Source: an uncultured Nitrospirota bacterium (GTDB taxonomy: Bacteria; Nitrospirota; Nitrospiria; SBBL01; CAZSHZ01). From it: a stretch of DNA of 40,183 nt. Positions 1 through 8,844 of the stretch are shown here, piece after piece; positions within the stretch are counted from its first letter, which is position 1, and each line of letters begins with the position of its first letter. The DNA is taken from NCBI GenBank assembly GCA_964606955.1, contig CAZSHZ010000170.1:1-40183 (forward strand), written 5' to 3'. The translations under genes and the position numbers were made by a program. Under the pieces are notes generated by a model. It worked only from the letters and a program-made list of their open reading frames with translations, was not told where the DNA came from and did no database searches.

Positions 1-167
1 TGGACGTCGCGGTTCTCCACGATGTTGTGTCGATCGTCGCAATGGAAAGAGGCCGAGAAGGTGTTGGAGTAGATGGCCGTGGCCAGCAGGGTAAGAAGGA
101 GAAGAACAGAGAGCCCAGAGGCGGAGACGCGTTCCAGAAACGAACCGGCGCCTGGTTTGCTCGTCAT
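1..167 (-). CDS. N-terminal fragment of a membrane protein (continues beyond window start); TPR/PMT_2-like N-terminus
   Basis: ATG at 167-165 (minus strand) opens a frame that stays open to position 1: MTSKPGAGSFLERVSASGLSVLLLLTLLATAIYSNTFSASFHCDDRHNIVENRDV. It has one hydrophobic helix followed by FHxDDxxNIVEN, a motif I associate with N-termini of bacterial TPR/GT39-like membrane proteins. Absent from the ORF track because it has no stop inside the window. Confidence 0.5.
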   Translation of the reverse strand, partial: MTSKPGAGSFLERVSASGLSVLLLLTLLATAIYSNTFSASFHCDDRHNIVENRDV

Positions 168-220
168 AGCTCGGCCCGAATCTTAGTCTTCCCTGAGGAG
201 CGACTCAAGCGTCCGCCCTA

Positions 221-250
221 TTGACCGAAGCCGATCCCGTTGGCTATTAT
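221..250 (+). promoter_or_regulatory. Putative sigma-70 promoter (-35 TTGACC, 18-nt spacer, -10 TATTAT) directly abutting the OMP start codon
   Basis: TTGACC at 221-226 and TATTAT at 245-250. The ATG at 257 lies 6 nt after the -10 hexamer and has no Shine-Dalgarno sequence (tttcct precedes it). Confidence 0.35.
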
Positions 251-256
251 TTTCCT

Positions 257-1117
257 ATGAAGCGGATCTTTTTTGCCGGTCTGTTTCTCCTCCTCCTCTT
301 TCCGGTCCCCGGGCATGCCTTTCATCGGGAGCCTTCCAGCCCGAGTCCCTTTGAAGCGAGATACGGACCGGTGAATTTCGGTTTTGAGATCAGACTGACC
401 AATCGGGACCTCCTGACGGACTCTGCGGTTTTTCCCGGCGGCGGGCCGGGGTGCACCGGCACAGGATGCGATTCGAGTGAGCGGGTCTTCGACAAGGAGC
501 GGATCGCCGCCGATTCGGTCCGGCTCCTTGCGCGGCTTGGGCTTGACCTTAAATGGTTTGAAATCTGGGCCCTGGCGGGCGGGAGCGGCCTTTCACTCGA
601 TGTCGGGGATTTCGATGCGCGGTTCTCATTCGCGTACGGGGGGGGCGGCCGATTTAACTTCTATCGCTCCGAGGGCGACGGCCCGATTCGCCGGGCATTC
701 CTCGATTATGAGTTCCTGGCGTTTACGGCGCAGGATCAGACCGTCTTCGACCCAGTGGATCCGGACACTCCCGTGACCTGCACGACGAGCGGCGGGTTGA
801 CAGTCTGCAATCCGAACCTCCTTCGGGTTGAACGGGTCCATGAGGAGATTGATTGGCGGGAGCATACGATCCGGGCTGGAGTGGAAGGGGGCCACGATCG
901 TTTCATCCCCTATGGGGGGATCCGGTTTTCCTTTGTTGATGGGAAGGATCGGATCGATGCGACGGGGCGCCCTTTGGAGATCGATTTCAAGGAGGAGGAC
1001 ACATTCGGCCTCTTTCTCGGGACGCGCTATTTACTAGACCGGAAATCCTCTCTCTTTGTCGAACTCGGGATGATCGACCAGTTCAATCTTTCGGGGGGGG
1101 TGCGTGTCGCGTTTTAA
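257..1117 (+). CDS. Outer-membrane beta-barrel protein (OmpW/OmpA-like small porin fold), uncharacterised
   Basis: Signal peptide MKRIFFAGLFLLLLFPVPGHA. Alternating amphipathic strands, Gly/aromatic-rich, and a C-terminal ...GGVRVAF ending in Phe (BAM recognition signature). Start moved from the track's TTG at 221 to the ATG at 257. Confidence 0.7.
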   Translation: MKRIFFAGLFLLLLFPVPGHAFHREPSSPSPFEARYGPVNFGFEIRLTNRDLLTDSAVFPGGGPGCTGTGCDSSERVFDKERIAADSVRLLARLGLDLKWFEIWALAGGSGLSLDVGDFDARFSFAYGGGGRFNFYRSEGDGPIRRAFLDYEFLAFTAQDQTVFDPVDPDTPVTCTTSGGLTVCNPNLLRVERVHEEIDWREHTIRAGVEGGHDRFIPYGGIRFSFVDGKDRIDATGRPLEIDFKEEDTFGLFLGTRYLLDRKSSLFVELGMIDQFNLSGGVRVAF

Positions 1118-1472
1118 AAAAAGGATTCTGCTTCTTTTTCTGCTCGCCTTTCTAGCGGTAGGGTGCCACGCAACCTCGAGCCGGACCTCCGTCGCTCTTG
1201 GCCTATCCTACTCCAATTATGACGCTCCTCCTCCGCTCTACGTCCATTATCCGTATTATCTCAATTATCCCTATTATTACGTTCCCGATCCCTTCTTTTA
1301 CCCTTATCTTTACTATCCTTATCCGCTGTTGGTTTATCGCCCTCCGCGGGTTTCCTTTTTCATGGGGACCGGGTTCGGCTTCGGTTTCGGGACCGGAACG
1401 GTTCTGATCGACGGGAGACGGCCGCTGCACGGGGGGCGGCCGCTGCGCGGGGGGCGGGGCTCCCTCCGCTAG
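1104..1472 (+). CDS. Small lipoprotein with an extreme Tyr/Pro-rich low-complexity core
   Basis: GTG start overlapping the OMP gene by 14 nt. Lipobox LAVG-C (MSRFKKRILLLFLLAFLAVGC). Core is YVHYPYYLNYPYYYVPDPFFYPYLYYPYPLLVYRPP, followed by GFGFGFGTG. The C-terminal RPLHGG/RPLRGG is encoded by an 18-nt tandem repeat (1419-1436 and 1437-1454). Confidence 0.6.
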   Translation: MSRFKKRILLLFLLAFLAVGCHATSSRTSVALGLSYSNYDAPPPLYVHYPYYLNYPYYYVPDPFFYPYLYYPYPLLVYRPPRVSFFMGTGFGFGFGTGTVLIDGRRPLHGGRPLRGGRGSLR

Positions 1473-1474
1473 GA

Positions 1475-2434
1475 TTACCCTTCCGAGTAGACGCCGATTT
1501 TTCTGAGCCGCTCCCAGCGGCGGCGGAGGATCTCTTCTTTGGGGATGCCCGATAGATCCTGCAGATGCCTTAAGACCGCTTTCCCAACCGACTCGATGGC
1601 CCGGGCCGGATCGCGATGAGCCCCGCCCGCAGGTTCCGGGATGATCTCGTCGATCACGCCGAGGCCCAACAGATCCTCTGCGGTCATTTTCAGCATCTCC
1701 GCGGCTTCGGGCGCCTTCGCGCCGTTATTCCATAGGATTGCGGCGCATCCCTCCGGAGAGATGACGGAGTAGACGGCATACTTGAGCATCAGGAGACGGT
1801 CTGCGACCCCGATGGCGAGCGCGCCCCCGCTCCCCCCTTCCCCGATGACGATGCTGACGATGGGAACGGCAAGGCGGGACATGACGAAGAGATTCCTTGC
1901 GATCGCCTCGGCCTGGCCCCGCTCCTCGGCGCCGACCCCGGGAAACGCGCCGGGCGTGTCGATGAAGGTGACGAGCGGCTTTGAAAATTTTTCGGCAAGG
2001 CGCATCAGCCGGAGCGCTTTGCGGTATCCCTCGGGGTTCGGCATCCCGAAGTTGCGATGGATCCGCTCCTTGACCGTCTTTCCCTTCTGGTGGCCGATGA
2101 CGACGATCCCGCGGCCCTCATGCCGCGCGATCCCCCCGACGATGGCCCGATCGTCCGCGTAGTTTCTATCTCCATGGAGCTCAAGAAACGAGTCGAAGAG
2201 GCCGGCGATGTAGTCGAGCGTTCCCGGGCGGTTGGTGTGGCGGGCAATCAAGGTCTTCTGCCATGGAGAGATCTTCGCGAAGATCTCGGCGCGCATCGCT
2301 TCGGCCTTTTTTATCAGGCGCTTTAACTCCTCCGCCGCGCGCGGATCCGAGGGGACCTGGCCGGAGAGGTGCGCGATCTTCTCCTCGATTTCGATCAGCG
2401 GTTTTTCAAAGTCGAGTTCGTCCCGGGCGGCCAT
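1475..2434 (-). CDS. accA: Acetyl-CoA carboxylase carboxyltransferase alpha subunit
   Basis: MAARDELDFEKPLIEIEEKI... N-terminus and the conserved carboxyltransferase core (FIDTPGAFPG, GEGGSGGALA). Start placed at the ATG at 2434, 2 nt after the dnaE stop; the track's upstream extension overlaps dnaE. Confidence 0.93.
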   Translation of the reverse strand: MAARDELDFEKPLIEIEEKIAHLSGQVPSDPRAAEELKRLIKKAEAMRAEIFAKISPWQKTLIARHTNRPGTLDYIAGLFDSFLELHGDRNYADDRAIVGGIARHEGRGIVVIGHQKGKTVKERIHRNFGMPNPEGYRKALRLMRLAEKFSKPLVTFIDTPGAFPGVGAEERGQAEAIARNLFVMSRLAVPIVSIVIGEGGSGGALAIGVADRLLMLKYAVYSVISPEGCAAILWNNGAKAPEAAEMLKMTAEDLLGLGVIDEIIPEPAGGAHRDPARAIESVGKAVLRHLQDLSGIPKEEILRRRWERLRKIGVYSEG

Positions 2435-2436
2435 CT

Positions 2437-5400
2437 TCAGGCCTCGATCATCTGAACAGCCTCCGCCCCGAGGAGGGCGAACAGGGCGCTCTTCAGCTCG
2501 GGGACCGGCGCCACGCAAAAGTTCTTTCCTGCCATGATCCGGGTCGGTCCCGCCGGGCCGGTGACCTCCAGGAAGACCTTTATCGGTCCCGGGAAGCGGC
2601 TTAAGACCTCGCTGAGGCTGTGCAGCAGCTCTACAGAGGCGGGGGTGGCGCCGAATACGAGCAGAAGCGCCGGGCGCCGAGGGGGCCGCGCCTCATGGAC
2701 GGTCTGGATCTTAAGCGCCTTGACCTTCAAGGCCTTCTCCCCGTTCGCCTTTTCGATCAGGTCGATCGTTCCATGCACGACCAGGGGAACGTCGCCCAGA
2801 AGGAGGGTAGAGGCGTTGCGGTAGAGATCCGGGAAAACAATCACCTCAACCGCGCCGGTCAAATCCTGAAGCCTGAGGACTCCCATCCGATCACCCTTTC
2901 TGGTGACCATCTCCTTCTCTGAGAGGACGATTCCGCAGATCCGGACCTCTGTGCCTTCCGGAATTTCCTGAAGAGATTCGATCAAATTCAACTCTAGGTT
3001 TTCCAGCACCGTTGCAAGTCTCCGAAGGGGATGGGCCGTCAGGGGAAAACCAAACACCTCCTTCTCATATCGGGAGACGAGGGTCTCCTCCCATTCCGGG
3101 ATTGCCGGGATGTTCCCCCCGTCTTGCGATTCTCCGAAGATGCTCATCTGATGGTCGGCCACGCGGGAACGCATGCCGGCCCCGACCGCCATCGCCTCAT
3201 CCAGGGCCGATGCCAGCGCGGCGCGCGGATGGCTGAACGTGTCGAACGCCCCCGCTTTGATCAGCGCCTCCATGGCGCGACGATTCACCTTCTGGAGGCC
3301 GACCCTGGAGCAAAGATCGTATAGGGATACGAAGGGGTGAACCTCGCTGCCGCTCTCCCTTGCGGCAAGGATCGCCTCGATCGCCGCGGCGCCGATCCCT
3401 TTGATTCCGAGAAGCCCGTAGCGGATTCCCGCGGGGGCCAGCGTGAAATCGGAGTCCGACAGGTTGACGTCCGGGGGGAGGATCGGGATCGACATCTCCC
3501 GGCAGTCGGTGATGTAGCGGATCATCTTCTCGTCATTTCCGATTTCGCTGGAGAGCAGGGCGGTGAAAAATTCGCGCGGATGGTGCGCCTTCAGATAGGC
3601 CGTCTGGTAGGCAATCATGGCATATGCGGTAGAGTGGCTCCGATTGAACCCGTATCGGCCGAAGGTGACGACCTGCTCGAAGAGGCGCTCCGCCTTTCCC
3701 CGTGGAATCCTGCGTTCCACGCAGCGGTTTACGAAGGTTTCCTGTTGCTGAAGGATCTCCTCCTTCTTCTTCTTCCCCATCGCCTTGCGGAGGCTGTCCG
3801 CCTCTCCCGGCGTGTAACCCGCCGCGGCCTGCGCGATCTTCATCACCTGTTCCTGATAGACGATGATCCCCAATGTGGTCTTGAGGATCTCCTCAAGCTG
3901 GGGGAGTTCGTATTTGATCGCGATCTCGCCGCGGCGCCGCTTCACGAACTCCTCGACCATCCCGGCATCCAGCGGCCCCGGCCGATAGAGCGCCAGGATC
4001 ACGATGAGATCCTCGAAGCGCTCCGGGCGGTAGCGCTGGACCAATTCCCGCATCCCCTGACTCTCCAATTGGAACAGGCCTACGGTCCTTCCGCTTGAGA
4101 TCAGTTCGTAACAGGCCGGATCGTCGAGCCGGATCTTTTCGAGAGTCAGCGTCTCCTCGGGAGAGCGGTTGTGGTTAATCAGCGCTACGGCCCGATGGAT
4201 CACGGTCAGATTGCGGAGCCCCAGGAAATCAAACTTCACGAGGCCGACCTTTTCCACCGACCCCATCTCGTACTGGGTGACGACCTCTCCCTTCTCCCCC
4301 AGACGGAGCGGGATCACGTCGCGCAGCGGTTCCTGGGAGATCACAATTCCTCCCGCGTGGATCGAGGCGTGCCGGATCTGCCCTTCAAGCCCCTTGGCGA
4401 GTTCGAATGCCTCCTGCATTTTCGGGTTTGCGGCGAGGGCCTCCGCGAGCCGCGGCTCCATCTGCAGGGCCTGACCCAGCGTGGTCTCCTTCCGTTCGTC
4501 CCCCTCTATAATCGCGCCGGGGATCAGTTTGGCGACCCGATCGACCTCGCTATAGGGGATCTCCAGCACACGGCAGACGTCCCGGAACGCCTGTTTCGCC
4601 TTCATCCGTCCGAACGTCGTGATCTGGGCGACATGTTCTCTCCCGTATTTCTCCGTCACATAGTTGATCACCTCCTCGCGGCGCGCCTGGCAGAAGTCCA
4701 TATCGATGTCGGGGGGGGCGATCCGGTCGGGATTGAGGAAGCGCTCAAAGAGGAGATCGTAAGTAATCGGGTCAATCTCGGTGATCCTCAGGGCGTAGGC
4801 GACGAGGCTTCCCGCGGACGAGCCGCGGCCGGGCCCGACTGGAATTCCGCGCCGTTTTGCGAAGTCGATGATGTCCCACACAATCAGGAAATACCCCGCA
4901 AAACCCATCGTGTTGATGACCAACAGCTCGTAGTCGAGCCGATCCCGGTAAACGGAGGGGATCGACGAGGTTCCCATCCGATCGGCAAGCCCCTTTCCGG
5001 CGAGTTCCTCAAGATAAGATTCGCGCGTGTATCCCCCGGGAACCGGATAGTGCGGCAGCCGCAGCCTCCCGAGATCGAGCTCCACGTTGCACCGTTGGGC
5101 GATCTCGAGCGTTGCCGAGATCGCTTTCGGGAGACGGGCGAAGGCGGCTGTCATCCGCTGCGCGTCCTTGAAATAGAGCTCTTTGGTGCCGAAGCGCATC
5201 CGCCGAGGATCGTTCACCGTCTTGCCGGTCTGGATGCAGAGAAGGGTGTCGTGCGCGCGGGTGTCGCCCGGGGAGAGATAATGGCAGTCGTTCGTTGCGA
5301 CCAGCGGAATCTGGGTCTTGCGCGAGATCTCTTCGAGTTCGTGATTCACCCGCTGTTGGATCTCAAGCCCGTTGTCCTGTACCTCCAGATAGAAATTATC

Positions 5401-5931
5401 CGGTCCGAAGATCTCGCGGTACTCCTGGGCTGCCGATAGAGCCGCCCCCGACGGTCCCCGGAGAAGAAGATAAGGAACCTCGCCGCGCAGACAGGCGGAG
5501 AGGGCGATCAAGCCGCCGCGGTGGCGGTGAAGAAGGTCCTTGTCGATTCTGGGTTTGTAGTAGTATCCCTCAAGATGCGCGGCGGAGACGAGCTGGACCA
5601 GATTGGAATAGCCTTTTTCATCCGCCGCCAGCAAGATCAGGTGATAGTAGGGGACCCCCGACCCGCCGCTCTCGTAGTCGTCGTCTCCTCCCGACCCTTC
5701 GCGATCGAACCGGCTCTTCGGCGCGAGATAGGCTTCGCATCCCAGGATCGGTTTGATCCCCGCCTTTTTCGCCTCCATGTAGAATTCAACGGCTCCGAAG
5801 AGATTTCCATGGTCGGTGATCGCCAGCGCGGGCATCCCCTGCTCCTTCGCCTCTGTGATCAGCCGTCCGATCTGATTGGCGCCGTCGAGGAGACTGTACT
5901 GGGTATGGACGTGGAGATGGACGAAATTCAT
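2437..5931 (-). CDS. dnaE: DNA polymerase III alpha subunit
   Basis: PHP-domain N-terminus MNFVHLHVHTQYSLLDG in a protein of about 1165 aa with the conserved polymerase core. The ATG at 5931 is preferred; an in-frame GTG at 5949 is the alternative. Confidence 0.95.
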   Translation of the reverse strand: MNFVHLHVHTQYSLLDGANQIGRLITEAKEQGMPALAITDHGNLFGAVEFYMEAKKAGIKPILGCEAYLAPKSRFDREGSGGDDDYESGGSGVPYYHLILLAADEKGYSNLVQLVSAAHLEGYYYKPRIDKDLLHRHRGGLIALSACLRGEVPYLLLRGPSGAALSAAQEYREIFGPDNFYLEVQDNGLEIQQRVNHELEEISRKTQIPLVATNDCHYLSPGDTRAHDTLLCIQTGKTVNDPRRMRFGTKELYFKDAQRMTAAFARLPKAISATLEIAQRCNVELDLGRLRLPHYPVPGGYTRESYLEELAGKGLADRMGTSSIPSVYRDRLDYELLVINTMGFAGYFLIVWDIIDFAKRRGIPVGPGRGSSAGSLVAYALRITEIDPITYDLLFERFLNPDRIAPPDIDMDFCQARREEVINYVTEKYGREHVAQITTFGRMKAKQAFRDVCRVLEIPYSEVDRVAKLIPGAIIEGDERKETTLGQALQMEPRLAEALAANPKMQEAFELAKGLEGQIRHASIHAGGIVISQEPLRDVIPLRLGEKGEVVTQYEMGSVEKVGLVKFDFLGLRNLTVIHRAVALINHNRSPEETLTLEKIRLDDPACYELISSGRTVGLFQLESQGMRELVQRYRPERFEDLIVILALYRPGPLDAGMVEEFVKRRRGEIAIKYELPQLEEILKTTLGIIVYQEQVMKIAQAAAGYTPGEADSLRKAMGKKKKEEILQQQETFVNRCVERRIPRGKAERLFEQVVTFGRYGFNRSHSTAYAMIAYQTAYLKAHHPREFFTALLSSEIGNDEKMIRYITDCREMSIPILPPDVNLSDSDFTLAPAGIRYGLLGIKGIGAAAIEAILAARESGSEVHPFVSLYDLCSRVGLQKVNRRAMEALIKAGAFDTFSHPRAALASALDEAMAVGAGMRSRVADHQMSIFGESQDGGNIPAIPEWEETLVSRYEKEVFGFPLTAHPLRRLATVLENLELNLIESLQEIPEGTEVRICGIVLSEKEMVTRKGDRMGVLRLQDLTGAVEVIVFPDLYRNASTLLLGDVPLVVHGTIDLIEKANGEKALKVKALKIQTVHEARPPRRPALLLVFGATPASVELLHSLSEVLSRFPGPIKVFLEVTGPAGPTRIMAGKNFCVAPVPELKSALFALLGAEAVQMIEA

Positions 5932-5957
5932 GCGAGAAAAATCTAGCACAAGAAGCC

Positions 5958-6539
5958 TTGAAAAACCATCCTATTTTGGGTAAGGTTCGCCTAGTACGCG
6001 GGGGTCCGTTGTTGAAAGTCTCCTGGAAGGCGACTCCGGTCTATCTTCTCCTCATTCTGCTGTTGTTCTTCGCCCGTCCGACCTTCGGGACGTTCGCCCT
6101 CGGCTTTCCTCTGGTCTGTCTGGGAGAGGGGTTGAGGCTCTGGGCGGCGGGACATTTACAGAAGAACCGCGAGGTCACCACAAGCGGACCGTATGCTCAT
6201 CTGAAAAACCCTCTTTACCTCGGGACGCTCCTGATCGCGGTGGGCTATGGCATCATCACGGGACAGCCGATTCTTCTTGGGGTCGCCGGGGCGGGCTTTT
6301 TTTTCTATTATGTCCCCTTCAAGAAGAGGAGGGAATCGGAGCGTCTTGAGGGGCTCTTCGGGGAGAGGTGGAAGGATTACGATCGTTTGGTCCCCGATTA
6401 TCTTCCGCGGTTGTCTCCCTACGAGCGGCGCGAGATCCGCCGCTGGTCCTGGTCCTGCGTCCGGGCCAACAGCGAACATGAGACCGCCGCCGCCGTTGCG
6501 ACGGGCACGCTCCTCCTCACTCTGCGCATCTTCCGGTGA
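5958..6539 (+). CDS. ICMT/PEMT-family membrane methyltransferase-like protein (paralog 1)
   Basis: Multi-pass membrane protein with LRLWAAGHL...TSGPYAHLKNPLYLGTLLIAVGY, typical of the isoprenylcysteine carboxyl methyltransferase / phospholipid methyltransferase superfamily. TTG start; exact start uncertain. Confidence 0.7.
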   Translation: MKNHPILGKVRLVRGGPLLKVSWKATPVYLLLILLLFFARPTFGTFALGFPLVCLGEGLRLWAAGHLQKNREVTTSGPYAHLKNPLYLGTLLIAVGYGIITGQPILLGVAGAGFFFYYVPFKKRRESERLEGLFGERWKDYDRLVPDYLPRLSPYERREIRRWSWSCVRANSEHETAAAVATGTLLLTLRIFR

Positions 6540-7267
6540 TTCCCCTTTCCTTCTTGCCGGAACCGCCCTCTCGCCCAACCCCGCGCCGTTTTCCGGGAGA
6601 GATCGTGGCGGTGCTCCACCCCCCGGGTCTCTACAATCCGGCGATCTATCTCATCTCGAACGGAAGGGTCGTGAAGGACTATCGACCGACCCCTTTTGTC
6701 TGCCGATTTTTTGTGGGGATCTTCTCCACATGGCGGGAGACTCGGATGGCCGGCCGTCTTCAGGGGATTCCGGGAATTCCGGTCTGCTTCGGTGCGATCG
6801 ATCGCTACGCCGTGGTCTTCCAGTACATCGACGGGAAACAGGCGAGGGAGGTCAAACCTGGCGAACTCTCCGATCTCTTTTTCGCACGGCTGGAGGCCCT
6901 GGTCAAGGCCGTCCACGATCGCGGGGTGGTTCTGGCGGATCTCAGGAACCTGAAGAACATCATGATCGGAAAGGATGGGAGCCCTTATCTGGTGGATTTT
7001 GCGACCGCCTTCAGTCGCGGGTTTAAATTTAATCCGATCAAGGCATTTCTCTATTGGGTTTTCTTCCAGGATGACCTGCTCGGGATCGCGAAGCTGAAAA
7101 AGCGGCTCGCCCCGCACCTGTTGGCCGAGGGGGAGAGTCGGAAATTGGCCGAAGGGCTGGTTTTCCAACGCGAGGCGATTGTGATAAAAAAGGTTCTGGT
7201 CGCGTGCGGGAAATGGCTGGTCCGGCTCGGCCTTTTTACAAGAAAGAGGGAGGTTCCTAAGGCATGA
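6536..7267 (+). CDS. Atypical protein-kinase-like fold protein (Kdo/WaaP/RIO/Bud32-like)
   Basis: GTGA overlap with the preceding gene. Catalytic-loop-like VHDRGVVLADLRNLKNIMIGKDGSPYLVDFATA (D-L-x-x-x-x-N then a DF motif) and a possible ATP lysine in GRVVKDY. No glycine-rich loop recognised. Confidence 0.55.
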   Translation: MIPLSFLPEPPSRPTPRRFPGEIVAVLHPPGLYNPAIYLISNGRVVKDYRPTPFVCRFFVGIFSTWRETRMAGRLQGIPGIPVCFGAIDRYAVVFQYIDGKQAREVKPGELSDLFFARLEALVKAVHDRGVVLADLRNLKNIMIGKDGSPYLVDFATAFSRGFKFNPIKAFLYWVFFQDDLLGIAKLKKRLAPHLLAEGESRKLAEGLVFQREAIVIKKVLVACGKWLVRLGLFTRKREVPKA

Positions 7268-8823
7268 AGGTCCGTCGCGCACTCCTCTCTGTTTTTCGGA
7301 AAGAGGGGATCGTCGAATTTGCCCGAGGGCTGGTCGCCCTTGGCATCGAGATCCTCTCCACGGGGGGAACGAGGAAAACACTAGCCGAATCGGGAGTCCC
7401 GGTGCGCGAGGTCTCCGACTATACCGGTTTCCCGGAACTGCTGGACGGAAGGGTAAAAACCCTCCACCCGAAGATCCACGGCGGGATCCTCGGCCGCCGA
7501 GACCTTGAAAAACATCGTCAGGAGATGGAACTCCATGCGATCGAACCGATCGACATGGTCGTAGTCAATCTCTATCCCTTCCTCGAAACGCTTTCCCGGC
7601 CGGGAGCCACCCATGAGGAGTTGATCGAGAACATCGATATCGGAGGACCGGCGATGCTCCGGTCGGCGGGGAAGAACTTCTCTCATGTGCTGGCGGTGGT
7701 CGATCCCTCCGACTACCTGCGCATCCTCGAAGCGCTCGCATCTGCGGGAGGAGAGGCTCCGGAGGGGATGCGGCGGGAGCTTGCGGCCAAGGCATTCGCG
7801 CACCTTTCCGTGTACGATCGCGCCATCTCCGAATTTCTGGCAGGGACAGAGGGGCCCTTCTCCGTGCGGCTCAGGTTGGATTTCTCGCGGGTCTCCCTCC
7901 TGCGGTATGGAGAAAATCCGCATCAGAATGCGGCGTTCTATCGCGAGGACGCCGCGCCCGACGGATCGGTGTCGAAGGCAGCGCTCCTCCATGGAAAGGA
8001 GATGTCTTACAACAATTTTCTCGATGCCGACGCCGCCCTGCGCCTGGCCGGTGAGTTTTCGGATCCTGCCGCCGTGATCGTCAAGCATAGCAACCCCTGC
8101 GGGGTGGCGATGGGAAGCCGGCTGGCCCGGGCCTATCTTCGCGCCCGCGAGGCCGATCCGGTTTCCGCATTCGGCGGAGTTGCGGCCCTCAACCGGCCGG
8201 TCGATGAGGAGACCGCCAGGGAGATCTCCTCAACCTTTATGGAGGTCGTCCTCGCCCCCTCCTTTGCGCCAGAGGCGCTCGAGGTGTTAAAGAAAAAAAA
8301 GGATCTGCGGCTGCTTGAGGTCGGGCCGATCTTGAGGGGTATGCCGCCGGGATACGACTTCAAACGGATCATTGGAGGTCTTCTGGTCCAAGACTGGGAT
8401 GTCGATCCGATTGGGGAGATCAAAAGCCTGAAAGTCGTGACCGAGCGAAAACCGTCCGACGCCGAGTATCAGGCGCTCGCGTTCGCGTGGAAGGTGGCAC
8501 AGCATGTCAAATCCAACGCGATTGTCTTCGCCGGGATCGAGGAAGAGGGGGACCTCCAGACGATCGGGATCGGCGCGGGCCAGATGAGCCGCGTCGACTC
8601 GGTCAGGCTGGCCGCGCTCAAGGCCCGCTCTTTGCTCGAGGGGGCGGTCATGGCATCCGACGCGTTCTTCCCTTTCCGCGACGGGATCGACTCCGCCGCT
8701 GAGGAGGGGATCACCGCCGTCATCCAGCCGGGCGGCTCGATCCGAGACGCAGAGGTCATCGCTGCCGCGAATGAACGGAAGATTGCAATGCTCTTCAGCG
8801 GAATCCGACATTTCCGCCACTGA
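7264..8823 (+). CDS. purH: Bifunctional AICAR formyltransferase / IMP cyclohydrolase
   Basis: N-terminus [23 protein letters not shown] (MGS-like domain), then ...KHSNPCGVA..., and a C-terminal ...[14 protein letters not shown] overlap with the upstream gene. Confidence 0.96.
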   Translation: MKVRRALLSVFRKEGIVEFARGLVALGIEILSTGGTRKTLAESGVPVREVSDYTGFPELLDGRVKTLHPKIHGGILGRRDLEKHRQEMELHAIEPIDMVVVNLYPFLETLSRPGATHEELIENIDIGGPAMLRSAGKNFSHVLAVVDPSDYLRILEALASAGGEAPEGMRRELAAKAFAHLSVYDRAISEFLAGTEGPFSVRLRLDFSRVSLLRYGENPHQNAAFYREDAAPDGSVSKAALLHGKEMSYNNFLDADAALRLAGEFSDPAAVIVKHSNPCGVAMGSRLARAYLRAREADPVSAFGGVAALNRPVDEETAREISSTFMEVVLAPSFAPEALEVLKKKKDLRLLEVGPILRGMPPGYDFKRIIGGLLVQDWDVDPIGEIKSLKVVTERKPSDAEYQALAFAWKVAQHVKSNAIVFAGIEEEGDLQTIGIGAGQMSRVDSVRLAALKARSLLEGAVMASDAFFPFRDGIDSAAEEGITAVIQPGGSIRDAEVIAAANERKIAMLFSGIRHFRH

Positions 8824-8844
8824 CGGCTGCTTGCGGGGGCCGGA

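Noticed and set aside
27-224. 65-aa plus-strand ORF at the window start.
   Set aside because: It lies antisense to the membrane-protein N-terminus that has a clear TM helix and family motif. Its translation is Gly/Arg-rich with no signal of function.
1093-1100. G8 homopolymer 4 nt before the lipoprotein GTG and inside the last codons of the OMP gene. A -1 slip would fuse the OMP frame to the lipoprotein frame, so this is a possible phase-variation switch.
   Set aside because: Equally long G/C runs occur inside essential genes in this window (4711-4718 in dnaE, 20081-20088 in bamA, and a G7 at the lpxB start, 26926-26932). Such tracts therefore look like a compositional feature of this genome rather than a dedicated contingency locus. 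The idea could be revisited with population data.
4171-5439. Very long ORFs antisense to real genes: 422 aa opposite dnaE, 442 aa at 28387-29715 opposite msbA, 331 aa at 25863-26858, 320 aa at 6419-7381, 323 aa at 9211-10182.
   Set aside because: Their translations are Arg/Pro/Gly/Asp-rich low-complexity sequence with no recognisable motifs. They lie exactly opposite strongly supported conserved genes. Stop-poor antisense frames of this kind are expected in GC-rich DNA.
5648-5660. GGGGACCCC, the reverse complement of the repeat anchor, inside dnaE. It encodes ...GGSGVP... in a Gly/Asp-rich loop.
   Set aside because: Only the 9-11-nt anchor matches. No adjacent complementary stem or G-tract module is present. 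A single 9-mer hit is plausible by chance in GC-rich sequence.
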